DNA of 64,000 nt. Source: Marsupella aquatica. Its lineage: Eukaryota > Plantae > Marchantiophyta. Positions within the stretch are counted from its first letter, which is position 1, and each line of letters starts with the position of its first letter. Under the pieces are notes generated by a model. That model ran no database searches. It was not told the origin of the DNA and was given only the letters and a program-made list of their open reading frames with translations. Shown in pieces: positions 13,778-28,100 of this stretch. A program made the translations under genes and the position numbers. The stretch lies in assembly GCA_973895155.1 (NCBI GenBank), contig OZ316896.1:19332754-19396753 (forward strand), in the 5' to 3' direction.

Positions 13778-14571
13778 ATGAGCTTCAATGTTTGTTTCTG
13801 TTCCTGCAAAGGGAATGAAAGTAATATGAATTGCCAGCAGCCCCGAAAAGTCATAGGTCCCAGAACGAATGTACAGAAAGAATGTAAGAAGAGAAAGAAG
13901 GGAAAGGTAGAAGAGAAAGAAGAGAAGAAACAAGAGTAATATGAATTGCGAGCTGTCCCAAGGAATCACAGGTCCCAAAACGTATGAACTGAAGGATCGA
14001 ATCAAGAGAAAATTGCAGAGATCGGAAGTGAATGAATTTATAAATGGGTTTGAAAAGTCTTGCTTCACCAAATTTCTAAACGTCATACATTCTATTCTAT
14101 AAAGAACCAGAATTGGATATATACTCGTTCTATACAACATGTATGGACCATAACTTGCTATCTAGCGCCAATGGCTCTTCCAAGCCAGCACCATTTAAAC
14201 AGATAATGAACTGTGTTTGCCACGCCTATGTCAGAAAACTGTGCTTGTTTTAGTTGAAGGTGTGCAATATCACACATTCCAGCATCGTTTGAACATGGAA
14301 TGAAAAGCCATTGCCTATTGGATTGAACCCGGTTTATATTTCTAACTTGCACAAGATGGATTGGTATGAGACGATCAAAAATGGATCTCTGGAGCCATAT
14401 CCTCATTCCGTTCTTAATGTTCGTAACCTCGGGCACTTAGATATGCTCTAACGAGAAGAGACTCGCCTTGAACATGGGCCTTGAACACTTCTACAGTCGA
14501 TCTACAACATGACTTACTGGCAGCCTCTCAGTCCTAGACGAACCTTTGTTCATCTTCTCCCAGTACCTTAA
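13778..14571 (+). pseudogene. Decayed ORF of unknown identity, probably TE-derived
   Basis: One frame runs ~14098-14571 with only four internal stops (TAG, TGA, TAA, TGA), all explicable by C>T change. An upstream part has a duplicated SNMNC...GP peptide (13820 and 13935). No recognisable domain. Confidence 0.3.
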
Positions 14572-15258
14572 TTCTCCGGCCCTTCTCTAATTTCTTTCTT
14601 GCACGAAGCTATAGAAAGTGGATGATTATGAATCAAAAGAATGTGATGTTGAATACTGTGTAGCACTACAACGTTCGTAATTGGGGTTTCCCTAGAGGTC
14701 GAGTCTCCTTAGTAGAAGAGGAACTAACTACATTCAAAACTGATGATCCAAAACTGCCTTGCACAGCAGACGGGTTGCACTTGATAACAGCCCACGAGGG
14801 GTATATTACAAAGTCAAAGTCGTCCTGCCTGCTAACAATAAATGAGCAGAATTTCCGTCCCTACTACACAAGGCAAGGCAAACCGATTTTTAGACTAGAG
14901 TTTGCCTGGTTAAGTGTGAACCGAAAAGAATGCACGATAAATAACACGTAGTCCATTCCAAAATGTTCGTTCAGGTTCCCTGGCGATCATTCGATGTGTT
15001 CAAAATCGTAGGGTCAAAATTCAGCGACAGCTCCCGAGACAACCAAAGACTTGCAGAGTATCGATGTACTTTCGATTTGGACTTTCAGTAGCAGGAGCAT
15101 TGATGACAACTTGATTTCTGAGATCGGAGGAGATGGTTTGATTCAAGAGAAGCTAGACCTCGACTGGACTGGTCTCAGTGAGACCCAGCTGAGGAACATA
15201 CTCAAAATGCCAAGGAAGACAAAACGGCAGGGGTTCTGTGAAAGGGCGATTTAACAGA

Positions 15259-16335
15259 ATACTCGTCGCCAAGATATATGAGGAGTGACTGTCGGAGACG
15301 GAGTTGCGTGCACTTTCGATAAACTACCTTAACACTGGGTTCTGAAAATCATGAGCACTGGAAACACTATCCGAACATGGAGGGGCGAAGATGGAACCTA
15401 ACCTTACACAAGCAGCTTTCCTTTGGAATTTGCCACATGTGAAACTAACACTTACACTGAACAGTTGCAGTGCAGAATTCTCATGACAGAGTTAAAGAAA
15501 TTCCCAAAACTCGTCTGTCATTCAACAGTGCAATAATAAATCTATGTATGTCCCCATAAGGAGGGAAATACTCGATCTAGAGCAGAGTCAGAAAAACTAC
15601 TCTACCCCATGTCGTTAGATTTGGAGTGATCGAATCTCCCCTCAGTAAAATACTGTCGAGAGTAGTAGGACTCTAGAGAATGGGCACTTCCAATTAATTT
15701 TCTTAAATCTACCAGTCCCACGACGAGGGATTGATCGATCTCGTTCGATGGAGAAACTTACAAGAGGGATTGATCAATCTTGTTCGATGGAGAAACGTAC
15801 AGGAGGAATTGATCAATCTTATTCGATGGATGAACGTACAAGAGGAATTGATCATTCTTATTCGATGAGGAATCTTACAAGAGGAATTTCTTAAATCTAC
15901 CAGTCCCACGATGAGGGATTGATCAATCTCGTTTGATGGAGCAACTTACAAGAGGGATTGATCAATCTTTTTCGATGGAGAAATTTACAAGAGGGATTGA
16001 TCAATCTTGCTCGATGAAGAAACTGACAAGAGGGATTGATCAATGTTGCCTCGATGGAGAAACTTAGAAGTGGAGACGGGCTGACATTATGCGATGCTTG
16101 CCTGGCAGCACAACAATATGCCACGTTAGAGGCGAGACAGGTGGGAGCTGGAGAAGGTAACGTGTGGCACGGAATGATGACATGGGTGGTCCACTTTCCT
16201 TGACCAAGCCTTTACAAGACGTCCTGAGCTGGCCTATTGCTTCCTTTCGTGAGATTATAATTGGATCCTAGAATGTAATGAGTGGAAGGATCTAGTTAGG
16301 TTTCCTGGACTTGGGGCCAGGTATGGTGTCTACCA
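15259..16335 (-). mobile_element. Probable LTR (~1.06 kb) plus primer-binding site of a truncated LTR retrotransposon
   Basis: On the minus strand it starts TGGTAGACACC (16335), ends ...CTCCTCA (15279) and is followed by TATATCT-TGGCGACGAGT (PBS-like). It contains a 39-bp tandem array. No partner LTR or gag/pol was seen. Confidence 0.4.
15700..16065 (+). repeat. 39-bp tandem array (~8-9 units) with a 188-bp higher-order duplication
   Basis: Unit GAGGGATTGATCAATCTCGTTCGATGGAGAAACTTACAA (15725, 15764...). TTCTTAAATCTACCAGTCCCACG occurs at 15700 and 15888. Confidence 0.92.
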
Positions 16336-18399
16336 ATCCCACATGACAAGCAATAAGCCCAAGTAAAAGCTGATGTAGAGTATTTATTTTGTCCACAATT
16401 TTAGACCCCTCTAGAGGTGTCCAAACATTCCAAAATTTTGGCTCCTTCTTTGGCAAGATTTGTATTTAGTGAAATTTATTCCAAAAGATTTTTGGTCCCG
16501 GGTCTGTAGGTGGAAGGAGGACTTGGGAAACAAATGTAACTCTTGCCACAGACTCTTGTAAAGCCATCCTAACCATAGATCACCCATTTGTCCTCGTTAA
16601 CCAAGCCATGGAATTTTTTTCTTGATGCTAAAGCCACCAATTGCAACCTTAAGAGCCCTAGTTGACTAAACAAGCATTTGGGGAAATCAAAATTTGCCAC
16701 GTCATCAATTTACATCTCATAATGATAAACATATGGTCTACGGAATATTTATGATCATAAATATCTGGAATGTGCAAGGGCCGAATAATCATATTGAGTC
16801 TTAGATGATACAATAATCATATTGTATATTAGAAGGAAGAATTGCTGTTTCTGGTCTAGAGAGACAGAGAGAGCATTAAAAAGTTGGTCCCTTTGTATAT
16901 AAAAAGTGTGTATATTTGAATTAAGACTCTTTGTGACAGGCAAACAAAAACCGCTCTTAATATTTACTGGTTTCATGGTGGGCTGTGTACCCCAATTTGC
17001 ACATCCAAATGTGACAATAGAGGGTGCACACTGAGTGATTTTAACAAAACATTGTATTTATATGGTATGGAGTGATGTCATACACTATGTATTGCCATAT
17101 TTTGATGTGCAATCACTGGCAGTGCTGGACCAGTATGCTTATATGGCCTCCCACATGTCTCCCCAACACATGGTTCCAGATACTCATTTGCACTAATAAT
17201 GACCCATCTTGGGGCCATTACTATATAGTGCCCAGCACAAAAAATAAGCTCATTTCAGCTCCACCAATGGCTGACTGCACTCTGCACTATTATTTTGCAA
17301 TGTAGCACACAAATCGAGTGAACCAGACGAATTTCGAAGAATCTGCACAAAGTCCTTTGTCCCTCCACAATTTCTATGTGGACACGCGTCAGAGGAAGGG
17401 CAAGACACCAAACCTGCTCGGTTTGGGCTGACAGGTTTCGAGAATAAAACTTTCCATGCAGAGCAAAATTATGCCATGGAGGGGGGCATAACTTGTAGGA
17501 CAGCCCAATTGTGAGGCCCACATAATTGGCCAGAATTGTCTCCTATCCTAAGTTTTCATGGAGTGGATGTCGTCTTCTCACTCTTATTGGGTCTCTGGCC
17601 TTTTGGGTTGTGTCTTAGGGTCACTTTACAAGATGGGTGCGACAATTTAGTCCTTTTTTTTCCCAGGATCGAATCAATCACGACCGTTGTTTCAGCCTGC
17701 CCAGGGGCTCCTTGCTTTAGAAGACTGGCACTGCAAGTTGAGCTACGGGAATGACCTAACCTGCATTCTGGTATGGATCAGCTTGGGCCAGCCGGCTTGG
17801 GACTCTCATCTGGGTGCTAGACTATTGGACCTCCGGAGGTGCAAAAATGGGGAGGCAGCTTTCTCCTAGGATTCCTGCCTTGGTCTGGTCTAGAGTCCTA
17901 CCGTACACAAAAAGTAGGGCTCTGTTTCAGCCCTGGTAGAAAACACTCAAATTGCCGCACCCGTGTTGTAAAGTGGCCCTTATATTATTTGATTGTGGAT
18001 AGTGGATGCATGTGCCCGCCCAATCAAAGACAAAAGTGTTACCATCGAGACCATCAAGAGTTTGGAGGTACATTGCTTCTGGTCAACTCGTTGCTGTTTG
18101 TACTGTGAACCGTGTATAACTGCAATGTTGATAAGTGCAGCATGAACTGTGGATTGGTGCAAGCCAGCTATGCAGTCCTGTGGTATTACAAAGATTTTCT
18201 TTGTAATGCACCCAAAAAAATGCAATTTGCATAAGTGCAATTTGACCCTTACTAAACCACTAAATATTGACACTAAAGGACAAATATAAGTGCATTTGTG
18301 TTGGTAAGTGTACAAATGCATTTATCAAGTTACTGCAATGTAAACATAAGAAGCATTTATTAATAATTGCAACAAACAACTACATAAGCTAATTTCATG

Positions 18400-18708
18400 C
18401 TGGGGGTTCACTTCTATGGAATGGACTATTTAAATGGGTGTTAAGGAAGATTTACAAAGTTTGGTGGAAGAACACATAAACCATGTTTTATTGACTAGTG
18501 AACTTTAAAGAACACATAGATCTATTTAATGATAAAAAATATTTTCTTTAAAGTTTTTAGGGGTTTTTTAATAAAAAATGACAAAATTAAAAAAAAAAAG
18601 TTTTTGCAAAAAAATATTTTTCACTTATAAGTTAGGAGGGTCAAACGTTAAAACGTTGCACGTGATGTATGGCCTTCTATATAGTGACCCCCCCCCCCCC
18701 CCCAAGAG
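18400..18708. mobile_element. MITE family A, copy 1 (8-bp TSD ATTTCATG)
   Basis: Ends CTGGGGGTTCACT... and ...GCACGTGATG...TATAGTGACCCC(n)AAGAG. TSD at 18392-18399 and 18709-18716. Confidence 0.8.
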
Positions 18709-19310
18709 ATTTCATGCACTCGTCCAGTTCAAATGTGCAATGACTTTACTGGCATCCAACTATATAGAGTGTTTTTCTCTATGTGCACACTCTCAAAAAG
18801 AAGCATCCGGTGTGCACTACATGTGGTTTGCACTACATGATAAGTGCAAACTTGTATGATTATGCACTTATAAATAAGAGTGCACTCTTTGTTAGTGAGC
18901 TGTTTCATGACTCACAACCCAAATTGTACATGACTACCCTAACGTAGGTGTCCTAGTTCATGTGTGCATTTGTTACTCTACTAGAAAAGGGCACGCACTC
19001 ATCAGTAAATGCCATTGGATGGGATTGTGCGCTCACCAATAACACTTATCAAGTATTTTCAAGTTTCAGTCACACTTTCACACTCAAGGCAAGGGGTGTG
19101 TAGGGTATGTGTGTGCGGTGTAGTGGTGGAAGTACCGGTTACTCTTGAGCTCCTGGTTGTTTGTTTTGGGGTAGCCCTCTGGCTTTTTGTGAAATCATGT
19201 GGCTACCCTACAATTGCATGTTCCCAAATAGATCATCTATCCGCAGTTGGATAAAGAAGACAGACAGCTATTAATATAGTTAAAAAATTGCCAAAATATA
19301 CATTTCGAAG

Positions 19311-19780
19311 GAAAATCTCATTAATCTTCAAAAACTGCGCTATTTTGAGCTACAAACTCCTCTAATCGACTTCTGACACTCTGAAGAATCCGATCTCGCC
19401 GTGTTCTAAGGAACAAATTGCTCATTTCTCTTCATGGAAGGGACGCAGAGTTGCTAGAGCTTCGCGGTGGCAGGAAGTTGTAATTGGATTAGGCCATAGC
19501 GGACTGGGGAACCGTGTGGAGGAAAGGAAGGAATTTCAGAAGAACGGTGAAAATCTCACTAATCTTCAGAATCTTCGCTGATTTGAACTACAAACTCTAA
19601 TTCGACCTCTGACACTCTCAAGAATCGGATCTCATTGCTCATTCGTTTTCATGGGAGCGACGCAGAGTTGATAGAGCTTCACGGTGGCGGGAATTTGCAA
19701 TTTGTTGAGGCCATAGCGGACTGCAGTTTGGGCGACGATCCGGAGGGCTGTGTGGAGGAAACAATTTTAGAAGAACGGTG
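19311..19780 (+). repeat. Diverged ~238-bp tandem duplication upstream of the TauE gene
   Basis: GAAAATCTCA(T/C)TAATCTTCA...CTACAAACTC...GACGCAGAGTTG...AGGCCATAGCGGACTG at 19311 and again at 19549. Confidence 0.85.
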
Positions 19781-20104
19781 CAAATCACAGTATTGCAAGC
19801 GTTTCCTGGAACTGAGGGCAAGGATCCTAGAGGAAGAGAGGTGTTCACTGTGCTGGGGACTCAAAACTATGGATCCCTGGGAGAGTACTGTGTAGAGCAA
19901 GGAGAGGTTGGATTTTCTAGGCCAGTCAGGCCACTCTTCGGCTCAAGTCATGGACTACATGCAAGGTCATTAGAGACGGAGTATCAGTCCACGTATGCCA
20001 AATTCACATCAATAGAGCACAGAGAGGGAGTAACAGAGAGGGAGTAAGAAAGAGTGATCGAAGGGGAAAGTTGTTAGATTGTACTGGGTTTCCATTGGAA
20101 CAGC

Positions 20105-23100
20105 ATGGCTTTGCAATGCGAAAGACCATCCAGGATTGTGGGTCGTCAGGTGGCCTTCTACAGCATAATCATATCTGGCATGGTAATCCTGCTCTTCGCA
20201 TCAGCAGCCGCTGGAGAACCCTTCTCGCGTCCATTGACTTCGCGAAAGCAGATTGAACTTGAGAAGGATGGGGAGAAGTTTCAGCTGAAGGATTGGGTCA
20301 GCCACTATGGGGAGAGCACGTGGAATGCCCTTACCTCTCAAGTGATCAGATTCGGAAGTTCAGAAGATTATACCTGGCCAGATCTCAAGTTTGGAGCGAG
20401 AACAATCTCCGCAATCGTCCTGGCTGCTTTGGCTGCAGCTTTGTGCTCTGCTGCAGGGCTGGGTGGAGGCATCCTCTTTGTACCTCTCCTGCAGCTGGTC
20501 CTCCGATTTGACTCCAAGACCTCTGTAGCCATGTCAAATTTCATGATGTTTGGTGGGACCACAGCCGGCGTGGCCCTCAACCTCATGCGAGATCATCCCA
20601 ATGAGTTCAACAAACCGCTTGTGGATTTTGACATTGCTCTACTCTTGCAGCCCAACATGCTCTTGGGGATCAGCATTGGCGTGCTTCTCAACGACATGCT
20701 TCCCTCCTGGTTGATCACAGCTTTTCTCGTGGGCATGCTTGTTTACGTGTCATATAGCACCACGAAGAGTGGATTGTTGCGCTGGGAGAGCGAGACTCAA
20801 CTGGCCGAGGCCAAAAGGAACCCTAAGAAGAAGTCTCTCAGGCGATCCAATACTGAATCCGAGAAGGCTCTCACTCACCAACTGCTGGGTTTCTATAGAT
20901 CCGTTTCGTCTCGCTATCCTGTGAAAACGATCCTGGCCTTGGTGTTTGTTTGGCTGGCCTTGTTCTTCTTGCAAATTTTGAGAGGTGGCTACGGAAGGCA
21001 GGTGAGCACTCTTTGAATTAAACTGCAATGCTCTTTTGTAAATGGGTTTTTTAGTGTATCTGAAGTATGTCAGCTTCTACTTTTGGAACTGTAAGACATT
21101 ACCAGAACAAGAGAAGAGTTAATCCTATCACAGTCAAATCCCATTAGATTGTCCAGCTTTTGACCTTCGCGCGTTCATGATGTTGGACTGTTCCTCACAT
21201 CCAATACAGTACAGATCAGGTTGTCATGGAGGAGTTTATAACTCCAATTATGCAACAATGGGCACCTTAGTAACTCCAGGGAGATGTGGGAGAAGAATGA
21301 AAATAAGTATATGAGCACGTAAACAAGCATTCAATAGAAGATAGAGTTTTGGCGGGTGTCTGGATCGGTATAACTGAATTTATATCAGTAGATGAGAAAT
21401 CCCAGTATCTTACAGTCATTGCATTGCAGAAATGAAAGGAATAATTCAACCGTGCAAGGGCCTTGAGCAATACCGTCTGAAAACATAGAAAGCAGATCAT
21501 TCCTAATGATAAGCATAGTTGAAAAGTAGAAGGCCTGGATAAACAATCTTTCGGTCAGTAACAAATCGTTAATGTTTCTCTTTCTTCATGATTTCTTAAG
21601 TGACGACGGCATATGGGACCCTGTTTTGCATGGAAATTGACACGCTGAAGATGATAGTTGTGCATAATGTGCAGCACGCTCGCCTAATTATACAGTCTGG
21701 AAGATGGACTTATCGTTTCTGGACCTTGACTGGTTTTTGGAACAGGGTCTGCTTAATGTTACGCAATGTGGAGTTAGCTACTGGGTTCTCACTGCCAGTC
21801 AAGTGCCTGTTACTTTTGGAGTGACCGCCTGGAATATTTGGCATTTGCGTGCAGCAGCTGCTGAAGCAGCAGAAGCTGGCACATCAGATAGTCAGGTAAA
21901 TCCTTGAGGACGTCTTCAATATTATATGTGAAAGCAATTAGCCCAGATATAAGTCTCAGGTTCAACTTCGAACGATTATTTTATTTGATTCAATTATATA
22001 CGACTGTAGGATTAGACGAATGGAAATTCTGAAGCAGAGGATTTGTCATTACGTAGTTATGTCTTTGCGGACATTGATCAGTTAAGTAAAGGTTGCAAGT
22101 AGGTTTTAGTCTCGATTTTTCTCCTTTTGAAAGTGCCATTGCTTTAGCAGTGTTACTGCTTCGTTTTGCTGTCAGAATCTTATGCGCACTGGAACGTGAT
22201 TGTGGGTATGTTACTTGTTGGAAACTCCTTCTTGTGTAAAGAGGCTTTTCAATGTCAGATCTGTCATGTCCTTGCCAAGGCGGTGACAGATCCAATAATC
22301 AACTCGCTTATTTTCTTTGAATTGACAGGACCAAGGCTTTACACTGGGCCCCAAAGAAAGTGCCTTCTTTTCAGGAATTGCAGTGCTAGCAGGACTGGTG
22401 GCAGGAATGTTGGGTATAGGAGGAGCCTTGATAATAAACCCCTTACTTCTGTCATTCGGTGTACTCCCTCAGGTTCGTTTCTTTCATCCTCTTTAAAACT
22501 TTGCCTCGGGGACCGGAGTTGTTTGGATTGATCTATTGATGAGCTGCACCAAGTTGGCAGCTTACTGGACGTTTCAGCTAAATCTTGAAAGATTTTACTT
22601 TGGGCAGGCAGTTTAATGTCGTATATGATGGTATATACTCAGATGAGGATGGTGTGTAGGTCAGGACCAGTCAGTCAAGCTTGAAGATGGAAGTTTCTGA
22701 CGACGAGAACAGGGGATGTTGAGGTTTTAGGGATAGTAGCCCATCTTTGGAGTTTAAGAGTAGTATTAATCTGTATCACGCCTACCGAGTATCTAACGTA
22801 AGTCTGCAACTGGTATTAATTGCAGGTGACAACAGCAACAACCCTCTTTATGATGTTCTTCTCCTCCTCCATGTCCGCAGCTCAGTATTGGCTCATGGGT
22901 CGCATCCCTATTGGATATGCTCTCATTGCTGCTCTGATCTGTGCCGTTTCATCAGCATTGGGAATCGCTGGCTTGCAAAAGGTTGTCCACAGATATGGAC
23001 GGCCCTCCTTGATAGTATTTGTCATAGCTGGCGTATTGGGATTTAGTGCTATTCTAATGGGTACATACGGAACCCTAGACTTTTGGAACCAGTTGAAGTC

Positions 23101-23134
23101 TGGGGCGGACATGGGCTTCAGTAATCCATGCTAA
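20105..23134 (+). CDS. Sulfite exporter TauE/SafE family membrane protein, 4 exons
   Basis: Exons ~20105-21001, 21746-21895, 22329-22472, 22826-23134 (GT-AG). Motifs SAAGLGGGILFVP, VDFDIALLLQPNMLLGISIGV, AGMLGIGG, PQVTTAT..FMMFFSSSMS..QY, GRPSLIVF, and C-terminal MGFSNPC. Confidence 0.92.
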
Positions 23135-24320
23135 CATTATTGTCAGTGTAGCACCAGTTCAAATGATCGGATAGGATACGAACTATGTGCTGGTGGTGAG
23201 ATAGGAGTGTTCCTTGTATCCACCATTGTATTTTTTCTCAGAACTGTAATGATAAAGCATAAGAAGAGAACACAAACGTGGATCTTTTCTACTGCTGAAC
23301 GCCGAGAGCACACAGAGACCTGCCTTGACCGCCAAGAATTTAATGTTTTCTTTGACAAGCTTATGTACCTCAAAAGAGTGAAGTTCAAGCCACATGGAAC
23401 CTGCAATCCAGATTATTCGCTTTCCGCAGTGCAATCGACTTCGCTTTCTTGCATTACATTAATCTCGTTGGAGGTCAACTTGCGGATTGTCACGTGTGTT
23501 TTCGAACTTGGACATCAGGTTTTTAATAATTGTCTCTCTGCTTGTGGGAAGCCTGAGAGGCGGCATACCGACGTTGAGAAATTTTCGTGTATCGAGCTTT
23601 ACACCTCAGCTCGAACACTAGTGAGACAATGGAGTGCCTCGCCCATGAGCGAGGAAGCTGTCGATAAGAGTTACCTCAAAATAATGTTCCATTTGTTTAG
23701 AATAACACACAATTCAATAGCTACAAAAATCTTCGATGTAAAATGCTTCGTCTCGGTATGGTTGATTCTCCGGTTTGCAAAACATACAACCAAAGATCTC
23801 AGCTAAGTCTTTACTTCATCCACTTTGAAAATTGCCACGAATTTCAGTCATGTGAATGCTAGAATCAGGTTTGATTGAACTCCACCTCAATCCGATGGAG
23901 GGGACAGGACCCAATTGTTGTCCTAGACTGACTCTCACAGAGGACGAGATGTACTGCCCACCTCACTACAGCAACTTAGTTCGATGCAAATCGAGAGATT
24001 CGAGCTGAGAGAACAGAATGTTAGGGCCATCTTGCATCTGAAGTCACCGAGAAATAGTCTCTCAATTCAGGAGTAAGGATGGCAACAGTACAGTTCTTAA
24101 TTTTTGGTGCTTCATGGAGAAAAGAATGCAGAGTCCAAATTGGGCTTGGATGATTATCAAACTTCTCTTCTATTTTACTTGAAATAGTATCACTGTAACA
24201 AATAGAAAATTTCTAGGCCTTCAAGTGTGTGAATCCCTTGTTACAAGTGGATTATAAGCAACAATAGCCCCATAAAACTTGAGCATAAGTCATCATTTTT
24301 GGGACATTATGACCCATAAT

Positions 24321-24612
24321 CTAGGAGTTCTCATATATTTACACCCAAACAGTACATCATGGGCAATGAAATGTAGAGTCATCTTATTGATTATTAGAAA
24401 ATACTTAAATTTTGTTGTCATAGATCATTAGAGTTTATTAAATCCAATTTTGAGTCTTATCAGAAAACATAGAGTCTTCTAAGATAATGCTTGGAATATT
24501 ATTAATAGAGATACAAAGTTTAATATTTTCTCTTAAAGTGTTTGAGCCTTCAAAACTTTGCAGGTGACCTTGGGGGGGGAGTGGTGACGGCTCCATATAG
24601 TGATACCCCAAC
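24321..24612. mobile_element. MITE family A, copy 2 (decayed; TSD CCCATAAT/CCCATAAC)
   Basis: Internal homology to 41206-41502 (TAAATCCAATTTTGAG, TTGGAATATT), right end TATAGTGATACCCCAAC, 7/8 TSD match at 24313-24320 and 24613-24620. Confidence 0.72.
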
Positions 24613-25005
24613 CCCATAACGTTGTTCAATACCCCCTTACTAACATTTTGAATACTTAGGATGGCTTTAAAAACAAGTCCAGGACGGGGTCCAGGGCATT
24701 GGTGACTATTCCTACCAGCCGGGCCTACCAGAGCAAAATGGCAGTACACTTTTTTTTCTAGACTCCAGAATCCCTTGAATGAAGGAGCAAAACTTTGGAA
24801 ATGTTTGGACCACCTCTCTATGTGGTTTAAAATTGACAAACTAAGCACTCCAAAACAGCCCACTGGTTGCCATGTAGGATAGGTAAACACCACGTCTGAA
24901 TGGGGCCCCAAGTTCTTGTAAAGCCAACTGGAATCATTTCCGCTGAATATGCAGTCCAGACTTACACTCGGAGGGAATAAAAAAGAAACAATGGGGACCC
25001 AGGTC

Positions 25006-25183
25006 GAGGTATTTGCTTGATCAACCCCCAAAATGAAACTTGTTACTTGATCGACCCCCTGAGGTCTATCAACGGTTCAGATCTGAGATAGGAAGGTCCA
25101 TCAACGGTCCAGATTGGAGAAAAGTATAGAGGGGATTGATTAAGCAAAATTTTCCAGAAGGGGGTCTACTAAGCATATCTCTC
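25006..25183. mobile_element. Mutator-type MITE (178 bp, 9-bp TSD ACCCAGGTC)
   Basis: Imperfect TIRs GAGGTATTTGCTTGATCAACCCC / GGGGTCTACTAAGCATATCTCTC. Perfect 9-bp TSD at 24997-25005 and 25184-25192. Confidence 0.82.
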
Positions 25184-28100
25184 ACCCAGGTCTTGTGAAT
25201 TGGCACTCAAGTTTTTGTAAAGCCCATGACAACCATTTCCACTCATTACATGTTATAGATTTAATCTTAGACTAACTAAACAGAAACATTCAATGGGGCA
25301 CCTTGTCTTGTGAAGCTACCCCTAGTCCTACCTCTCACTTTCTAAAGCACTCACTTACCCAAAAGTACTTTTATGGTGACATCTTGGTAACAGGGCGTAA
25401 ACCCCTCCCGTAATGTTCTCTTTGTATTTCTATGACGGTTTATGAGTCATAACCTCCCTGCCACCCTGGCCTAAGGGCTATAAAATTTGGTCACTGTGGC
25501 TAGCCAACCTTGAAGGTTATCCAATCTGAGGCTCAATTTTCAGATCAAAATATGACAAAACTATGCTTGGGCCCATGTGCGCGGGGGGGGGGGGGGGGTG
25601 TTTATGCTCATGAATCCATGGCCATTCGTGGGCCATGGTTGCCACCCCCTCTGGCTCACCACCCTAGAGCATTATATCACACAAACCCCTTGGGGCCATG
25701 GGTTACCCTACACGAACATTTTCTGAATTATCGCTGAAGCAGATTCTTTAATATTGTCCAAATTGAACCCCTACTTGGTTTTGGTAGAGAGAAATAGCAC
25801 ATAGGGGAGGGATTCTTTAAAAAATGATTAATTATGATGTGGTCCCCTATTATAGATGCTCCATGGTAGCTCACGGACCTACAGGTGGTCCAATCTTTAA
25901 AATTAGGCCCCTAACCAAGGCTATGTGGTCACAATGGGTTGACCACATAGAATTCAGACTGTTTTGACAATATGTTCCAAACAAATGTCATGGGGCCATT
26001 TTTGGGCCCTCATCACAATAGTGAACTAAAGTTCAGCCAATAATTGGGGAAGAGAAGCCATTAGACCAGGAATTGGATGCTTGGATGGACTGAGCACCTG
26101 AACTTCTCATCCAGGAGAGACACTACACACTAGACAGTAAGGAGAAAGGGCAAAATGTATTGGTGTGCCTAGTTCACTGGGATTTTGGAAGTATTCTAAC
26201 TGACATTTAACCATACTAGCATGAAGGGTGAAATGACTAGCAACGCGCATTCACATGATCAAGGTGATGAACATACTAACCACATCTTGTTAAACCACAA
26301 CTCCTGGTACTTAAAGAGTTTTGAGACTGTACGGCCATAAAGGGACATGAAAGTTTAGTGAAAGAAAGTATCGAGCAAGAGGGAGAGGAGGAAGCATCAG
26401 AACTCATTGCTTTTTATTTTGGAAAATATGTACTCATTTTTGAAATGGAAAACACCAGGCCATAGATCTCCTTGAGATCTTTCATTTGCGCCGTAGATTG
26501 CCTTTTAATGTGGATGGACAAGATTTTTATTAGCAAAATACAATGAACAATATAGATTTCAGCAGAGACCAAATCGACGGCCAGGAAGGCTTCGATTTGT
26601 TTTATTTCTCATTTGAAAACTATTCAACCATTTTTAAACCGGAAAAAACCCATCCCTAGATTCCATTGAATCTCATCGGTCCACTTTAATGGGCGACCTA
26701 TGGCTAAGTTATCAATTTAAAAACTTCGGGGGAGGCAGCATTCAACTGCCCCGTAATAAAACACTACCCCAAATGGCGCAGCCATTGCCACATGAGGCCC
26801 CATCCCCGGCCCTATCTTATCGTTTACTGCCCCATATCTTTCTATTTCAATAAAATGCTACACCAAATGGCCCAGCTATTGCTACAGGAACCCCAAAGTT
26901 CGCATGCCTTCAATCACAGTTTTCCAGATTTTTGCATTTGCTCCTTATTTTAACAAACATGGTTAAAATGTTTGTTAGTTGAGCCCCTGACTGGACTTTC
27001 CTTACAAAAGCTGAAGATAGACTTACACAACCTTTGTGGGAGTTCCCATAAATCTTGAGTTATGGGGATAACTATACTTATAATTGAGCTCTCAGACGAC
27101 GCCATATGAGAAGAAAGCTATAGCAAAGCATACCTCCCAGAAATGAACACCAGTGGATTCCCCAAACAAAGTCACCCATAAATTGGTAAACAATGGCAAA
27201 TTAGAGGCAGATCATCAGCACTTTGTCTTGCTATCAATTACACTACCTTAAGAAACCATACCCACAAAAGAATTTGAGATAAATCGACAATTATTAAAGA
27301 GCTATCAGTAGTGCAGAAATATCGGTGCTTTTGCTGGAGAACTTTCCGTCAAATTATAATTCTCACTTTTGGTGGATGTTACCTCACTCATCGATCAAAT
27401 AACGTCATCTTTGAATTTTAACTTAATCATTAGTCACAATAATATCTCCACTTTTCGAGAGAAGCCTTGGTTACTCATTTCTTAAATCACAACCAATTAC
27501 AGTGGAACCTCACCAATACATACACTTGAGGCAGAACGGAAGGTCTGCACTCTTTTATAGCCATTCATTCACTTAAATTGGTATCATAATCCCAGCCCTC
27601 CTATCACAATTCTTTCAATTTCATTGAAAAGCGCCTCTGATTATTTTCTATCTAAAGATACCCACATTTGTGATCAACCCCCCTTTATCTGCGCTGACTT
27701 CTTCAACATCTGCCGGAAAATTATTGCCTATCGCCAATTCCTCAATTATGCCTCAGACTCCTCTCTAATGTGTCCGTTTCCTCGTAGAGTTCACAAATGT
27801 TCCCTTGTGACTTTGATCTTTCTCCCGTTGGTTCAGATTTACTCAATCGCTCCCCAATCGCAGATCACCTGGTGACTGAGAGATCCTTCTGTACATTTGA
27901 GCGCGCAACTTTGAGGGCTCCCTAATTGTGGATGAAATCGACAATCAAATGACAAAAGACACGAAGCAAAAAGTAAGATAAATTATGACTGGGAAGCTGG
28001 AAGCTACAATGAACTCGATTGGTTTTCAGCTCTCCTTTACTCGGCATCGTAATTTCTGTGACTGAGTTTCTTCTAGAGTCCAGCAACTGAGAAACTGTCA

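Noticed and set aside
25300-26950. Possible further DNA-transposon remnants
   Set aside because: TE-like composition, but I could not pair convincing TIRs or TSDs.
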